From contig NMRA01000754.1 of the NCBI GenBank assembly GCA_002633005.1, positions 102,648 through 166,647 on the forward strand: a DNA stretch of 64,000 bases, written 5' to 3'. Position numbers and translations under genes: made by a program. The notes under the pieces were generated by a model, which worked only from the letters and a program-made list of their open reading frames with translations, searched no databases and was not told the DNA's origin. Source of the stretch: Phoronis australis (Eukaryota; Animalia; Phoronida). Below, piece by piece: positions 61,190 through 64,000 of the stretch (position 1 is its first letter; every line of letters begins with the position of its first letter).

Positions 61190-64000
61190 GACATATTTTA
61201 CACTCATATTTCTGTACCATTATCAGTCATAATAAATGACCTTTATTCGCCTGTATACAGTCTCCTTTTTATCTCTGGAAACGGAGCTTGCGACGCACCT
61301 ATCATTCTCGGGACAATTTACTTTGAACACAAATGGTATTTCACTTGTTAAATTAATTTATTTCAGAATATGTACTCGTCTCACTTATACCCCTTTTTTC
61401 CTTCTTTCGGTCTGGTCCATTAATCGTTTGCGTAGATTCGCATGCGTTCCTTTTGTACATATGACGCACTAGTACATTTCATTTCCAGCCTCACTTAGTT
61501 TCTGTTGTGAGCCATGAGTTTGGTCAGTTCCCGGCTCTTATAGGCTGATGATTATCACGTGTCTCAGGGTTAACCTTTTTTCTCAGTAACTATGTTTCCT
61601 GTTATTACTTTGCTTCAGCAGCACTTACGCTTGAGTTTAATCTCTCTTCCCTTTTTCCAACCCTCTCCCACCCTATTTAGTGGTTCCTCTTACCCGATTG
61701 CTGCACTTTTTATTGCACATCTTTCCAGAGATTGTTATTTTATGTTTACTTATTATTTTACACTCATATTTCTGTACCGTTATCAGTCATCGTTATTTCG
61801 CCTCTATACGGTCTCCATGTTATCTCTGGAAACGGAGCTTGCGGTGCACCTGTCATTTTCAGGACATACTCGAACACAAACGGTATTTCACTCATTAAAT
61901 ATATTTATTTCAGAATATGGACTCGTCTCACTTATACCCCTTTTTCCTTCTTTCGGTCTCGTCCATTAATCGTTTGTGTAGATTTGCATGCAGTGCCATG
62001 AGTTCGATCAGCTCCCGGCTCTTATAGGCTGATGATTATCACTTGTCTCAGGGTTAACCTTTGTTCTCAGTAACTATGTTTCCTGTTATTCCTTTGCTTC
62101 AGCAGCACTTACGTTTGAGTTTAATCTCTCTTCACTTTTTCCCACCCTCTCCCACCCTATCTTTTTAGTGGTTCATGTGAAATTCAATGAATTAATGACT
62201 CTTCAAACACAGCAATAAAGTAATCACTGCTATCAAAGGAAATTGCAAATGTTATGACTGGAGTCGTGAAATGTGATGAAATAACAAATTATTGAAAGGT
62301 GATGAGTTATTGCTCTTGTGAAAACCAATGCATTTTAATTTTGATACTTAAAAGGATTCACGGAACAGAAATTAATAAGCCCCCAAAATATCACAATAAA
62401 AATTGGTGTACCATAATGACAGAACTCGTAAAGTAAATATTTCCATGGAGTCGGAGGGACCAAAAGGCAAAAAATAAGTGAAGGTATGAAATGCAAAAAT
62501 ATCCATGAAATATGACTTAATTATCAAACGTGGGACTAGTTCAAGAGATCATGTTGTCTGGGCAGCACAAAGAAGTGATTTGATTTGTGTACACCATGGA
62601 TTATCAGAATGCTAAAGAACGTAGAAATATTTGAATGGTAGAATGCATCATGCATTGAAGAAAACAATTCATCAAATTTCTGGACCCCTGTGCAATTGAA
62701 AGTGTCGTGAAATAAACAGAGAAGTAAATAAGCTCTGAAATGTAAAAAAGAAATTAACCCCTGGAAGTTGGCGAATTAAAAAATCCATAATTCGTTTTCT
62801 GTCATTGATAAAGAAAATCAGTGGCTATTGAATGAAATTGCAAAATTTGTTTGAATTAATGAATGTGTAGAATGCAACTTCAAGGGAATGTATTCATTTA
62901 TTTATGTAATTGGAAGTTTAGAATGTTATAACTGGAGTCAAGAAAATCAATGGCTAGTGAATGAAATTGCAAAATTTGTTTGAATTAATGAATCTTCAAA
63001 ATATGTTAAAAGAATAAATCTATCAGCAGTAATTGAATAATCCATGTATAGAATGCATTTTCAAGGGAATGTATTTATTTATGTAATTGGAAGTTTAGAA
63101 TGTTATAAATGGAGTTATGAAATGTGGTGAATTAACCATGTAAAGGTGAAAAATTCTTGCTTCTGTGAAAAGCAATGGATTCATGCAACAGAGCAAATTA
63201 CAGGAAGGTAAAATAATATATGATGAAGTAATGAATAAAAAAATCAATAATAAAACGGGTGTAGAGTTATGACAGAACCTGCAAAATAAAGTAAGGCATT
63301 GTTTGCAAAGAAGATGCTAAAGATAAATGAGCCTATAAAACAAGAAAACCAATGAACCCCTTAAGTATTATGAGTTGATTATATGGTTATCAGAGTCCTA
63401 CAGTGTTGTTTTTCAAACGTGTCACGCCAATGCAAATGCTCAATGGAAATAAGAATAGGGACAACTGATGGAATCCATCAAATGCATAAAATTATTGAAT
63501 TCTGAAATTTTCTGGAATCAACAAGTTCATGATAATACGTTACAAAGCAAGGAAATTAAAATGGAAAGGGTAATAAATAAACAGAGATATGGAAATGTAC
63601 AAAGGGTTAGAAAGTTGAAATGAAAAATGTATTACATAAACAGAGATGTAAAGATTTGCTAAACAAGTGGAAAAGGAAGGTAGGGATGGTGAATGAACAG
63701 GGGACAACAAATTGAATAGCTGGCTGAATTTACTTTCAGCCCAAGTGAACATGTTGATCAAACATGATTACTAAAACCTTAGCCTTCTTTACTATAGTAT
63801 TCTACAGTCCTAGCTCTGGCTAAAACTGAAATTCATTCACCATCCTGAGGCATAAGGGCAACGCAGCATTTTTTTTTTTCAATGTTCATCATTGAGCAAA
63901 AATATTCTTCTAGCGTTTGGCTGGGTTTACAATTTTTGTGCTGCATCTAGTGGTGGTTCCTTTTTCACAAATTATAAAATTGTGGAATTCCATGCTATCA
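61190..64000. repeat. Further copies of palindrome blocks: 61190-62170 resembles 58510-59200 (tandem variants); 62175-64000 is a direct copy of ~47540-49095
   Basis: Shared anchors tctctggaaacggagcttg and ttaacctttgttctcagtaa; ttgatacttaaaaggattcacggaacagaa at ~47742 and 62341. Confidence 0.88.

Noticed and set aside
59810-61190. Unique, slightly GC-richer segment between repeat blocks
   Set aside because: No convincing ORF, motif or terminal structure could be identified by eye.

Overview
Eukaryotic (intron-rich, AT-rich, most likely invertebrate animal) genomic DNA from a draft assembly, with single Ns at 15156 and 44236 and an N gap at about 49762-50338. (1) 557-12663 minus strand: a complete 12-coding-exon organic anion transporter gene (OATP/SLCO4-like, 676 aa by hand splicing; all introns GT-AG and all phases consistent). 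(2) 14-36 kb: transposon-rich intergenic DNA with MITEs, foldback hairpins, P-element-type micro-footprints, a hAT zinc-finger remnant and a Tx1-like LINE remnant. It also holds two orphan 3' exons of an ESCRT-III CHMP4/Snf7 gene, one apparently frameshifted. (3) 36.4-59.8 kb: the most striking structure, a ~23 kb non-coding degenerate palindrome. It is built from a decayed ~26-bp motif organised into ~1.8-kb units, has a foldback minisatellite element on its symmetry axis, and carries a nested 1.5-kb palindrome whose centre is a pair of mirror-image (flip/flop) hairpins. More copies of the same blocks continue to the window end. All alignments and identities were judged by eye; no database searches were possible.
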